Positions 61,456 through 64,000 of a stretch of 64,000 bases of DNA are shown in pieces (positions within the stretch are counted from its first letter, which is position 1; every line of letters starts with the position of its first letter). The stretch is from assembly GCA_013265495.1 (NCBI GenBank), contig MU058636.1, positions 3,645,967 to 3,709,966 on the forward strand, given 5' to 3'. The notes below the pieces were generated by a model. That model saw nothing but the letters and a program-made list of their open reading frames with translations, did not search any database and was not told where the DNA came from. The DNA comes from Vicugna vicugna. Taxonomy: Eukaryota. A program made the translations under genes and the position numbers.

Positions 61456-64000
61456 TCTATAAATCTCTCTTTTCCTCTAAACCACATAGCAGTAGAGCTC
61501 TGTTTATCACTCTCCGTCTGGTCTTGTAGTAATCGTGACCCCACTTTATCTGTCCTGTTGGACTTCCGGCTTCTTGAGGGCACACCCATATCTGATGCAT
61601 CCTTGTATCTCCCACAGTGCCAGGCTCCAGCCCCCCTCACACGGCACAGATATTCCTTCAATGAACCAGTTGGTTTTGATGTGGTAAAGTCTTTGTGAGG
61701 AACTCGAAAGGGAAAAAAATCAAAAGTGCAAGGTATTAGACATTTCTGTACATTGCTGTTTTCAGGCTTCCTTCCAAATGTTAGCAGAATCTAGCATTTT
61801 ACATCCTGCTTCAAGCAGCTGGAATGAAAGCCTGAGATCTTTTCAAGTTGTGCTCATCTTTCCCAGCAGACCCCATGCAGGAAACTGACTCATTCCTCCA
61901 GAGACCTCTAGAGTCTCTATCTATGCCACCCTGGGAAGGTGCACAGCAAATGCTGCGTCCCAGGGGCAGGAGGCACACAGAGGGTCGAATGTCCAAGGGC
62001 CTTCCTGAGCCTCCAGCACCTACGCTGATCCCCCAGGCACCTCTGCTGATGCAGGTTCTGCTAAAGATCCTTGGGAATTAAGTGACAGGTGACCACGAGG
62101 GACGCTGCTGGGCTGAGGGTCCTGCCAGCCTCTGCCTGGTCAGCAGTGCCCTTCTGGGGGGACCCCTACCCCACCTCAAACCTTGCAAGCCATCTCAGTG
62201 GTGTTGAGGTCCCTGCAGGTTGGACTTCCGCCAGCGTATGCCTTTTGGCCCTTCAAGAAATGTCAATGTCCCAAGAGCAGCTGCTCCTCTTGTGTTGATC
62301 TCACTGTTCCTCCCCAGGCTGGGCTCAGGGTGAGGGGGTACATGCCTCTTCCAAGCTGTGTCTGTTCATCCTCCCATCACAGAGGCTTCATCCAGCCCTG
62401 AGTTCCCCCCACGCCCCCACCTTCCGGCTGGCCATGTCCTCCCCACAGTTCCTGGGACATCGTGGGGAAGGAGGACACCAACCCGATTTTCAGAATGTTA
62501 TGAAATTTTAGATGCCAGCTACTGCCAACTGTGGCCAATCTGATACCTCAAACTCAAAGGAGCAAACCTTCACAAAAGTTTACACAGCCAGTAAATTTCT
62601 CTATGTTGCCATATTTCCCCCAGATTCCAGTTCAGTCCTCCCCTGTTTCCATAACAACCTGTATCCCAGAATAAGCAGAGTGAGAGCCATGATCAACAGC
62701 ACTGGAAGAGGGGTGCACTCGGTATTTCTTTATGGGGGTTTCCTGTCTCCTTCTTGTAGACTCTTGATGTATGACTCTTGTTTTTAGGCCAAAAATGGGC
62801 CCTGATAAATCCAGAGGCCCCCAGCATTCTCAGCACTCAGGTCTGTATGAATGTTCCCCAGCAGCCAACATCCAAAAACGTGCACGCACGAGGCAGACAT
62901 GAGAATGCACAGACTACAGATAGAACAGGGGAGGCGGGAGCAGCTCTGATCATCCCCTTACACACCAGTTCTCCCCCCCACACACACACACCCCGTATGA
63001 TCATAAAACATGAAAGCAGTGAAGATGCCATGTTACCTAGTGGAATTAGCACAGTCACTTCCCAAAGGAATCAGACACATGAAAGGGCAAAGGGGGCCTC
63101 CTCCTGCAGTGTAGCCGACACCCCCTCCCCACCACGGTCCAGGGGAGGGGCTTGGGGACTCTGCCCTACACAGGCCATCACCAAGAACAACCCCTATGAG
63201 CACCCCCTATGGAGCCCCTAGCCCTAGACGGTGTCTACATCAATGAGCACACACCTGCTGAAGGAAGGTGTGAGCGAAGGAAGGAAAGAAGGAAGGAAGG
63301 AGAGATGTGCATTTTCCCTTTTGCTCTTTTCCTTCCCTGGGCTCACCTGCCCTTGACGTGGAATAGGACCCAGTGAAAGCTGAGGTCAGGATGGGCGTGT
63401 GGGGAAAGGCACCCAGGGTGGACATCCCCACTGGGTGCCTCAGGTCTCCCCGACTCTGGCTCCCAGTTTCCTTTGAATTTTCAGTTTCCTCTTGGCATCT
63501 TGCAGATACTCCTTGGCCTCTGGCTCAGGACCAGATCCCCTCCCCTCAATTTCCCTGCAGCATCCCCTTCCCTCCCCATTGTGAGATACATTAAAATGTT
63601 CTACTGGAAACTGAGGCTAAAGACAGAAAGGCCTGCTTCACAGCACCACGCACCGGGTAACTGGAACGTGGATATCAGGCTTTCTGTGCTTAAAAACCCT
63701 CCCGGTCGTTTCCACCAGCTCCTGCTGTAGCCTCTTACCAAAGCACCTCCCTACCCGCGTGTTCTCTCCTCCAGTTTCTCCCCACACACACTCCTGCTCA
63801 CGTGAAGCTGCGACCAGGAGGGGCTCGCCAGGGAAGGGCTTCTGAGATCACGTTCTATGTCTTAACTTTGGTGATGGGTACATGGGTATTTGGCTTTATA
63901 ATTATTTCGCAATTTGAACACACATGACTTACTCTTCTTCATGTACGATACACCCCACATTAAAAAGAGGAGGAAAAAAAGCCCTGTTCATTACTTACGT

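Noticed and set aside
8100..64000. Additional protein-coding genes (e.g. MEDAG) or a novel multi-gene system
   Set aside because: I recognised no further exons or coherent ORF set. Very short exons or lncRNAs cannot be excluded without alignment or RNA data.

Overview
This window is mammalian genomic DNA, very probably camelid (alpaca/llama/camel), because it carries four copies of a tRNA-derived SINE I recognise as Vic-1. The only protein-coding sequence I can support is the 3' end of ALOX5AP (FLAP, MAPEG family) on the + strand: the penultimate exon (1315-1396), a 6.2 kb intron, the last coding exon (7568-7730) and a poly(A) signal near 8016. The remaining ~56 kb is non-coding and rich in old transposable elements (MIR, L2, L1, MaLR/ERVL LTRs, hAT and Tigger MITEs), with several CpG-rich patches and strong transcription-factor motifs. 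Almost all ORF-track entries are chance ORFs. I found no convincing novel biological system. The observations most worth checking are: an unexplained ~85-bp sequence present twice 1.9 kb apart beside a textbook CTCF site; a near-perfect tandem duplication (period 288 bp) starting inside a SINE; a charge-reversing E-to-R change in the FLAP C-terminus; a consensus CTCF motif inside a MER20; clustered RFX X-boxes; and a triple-nested ERVL/MLT1/MER21 structure with a dUTPase relic. Repeat family names come from recalled consensus sequences, not a database search, and their boundaries are approximate.
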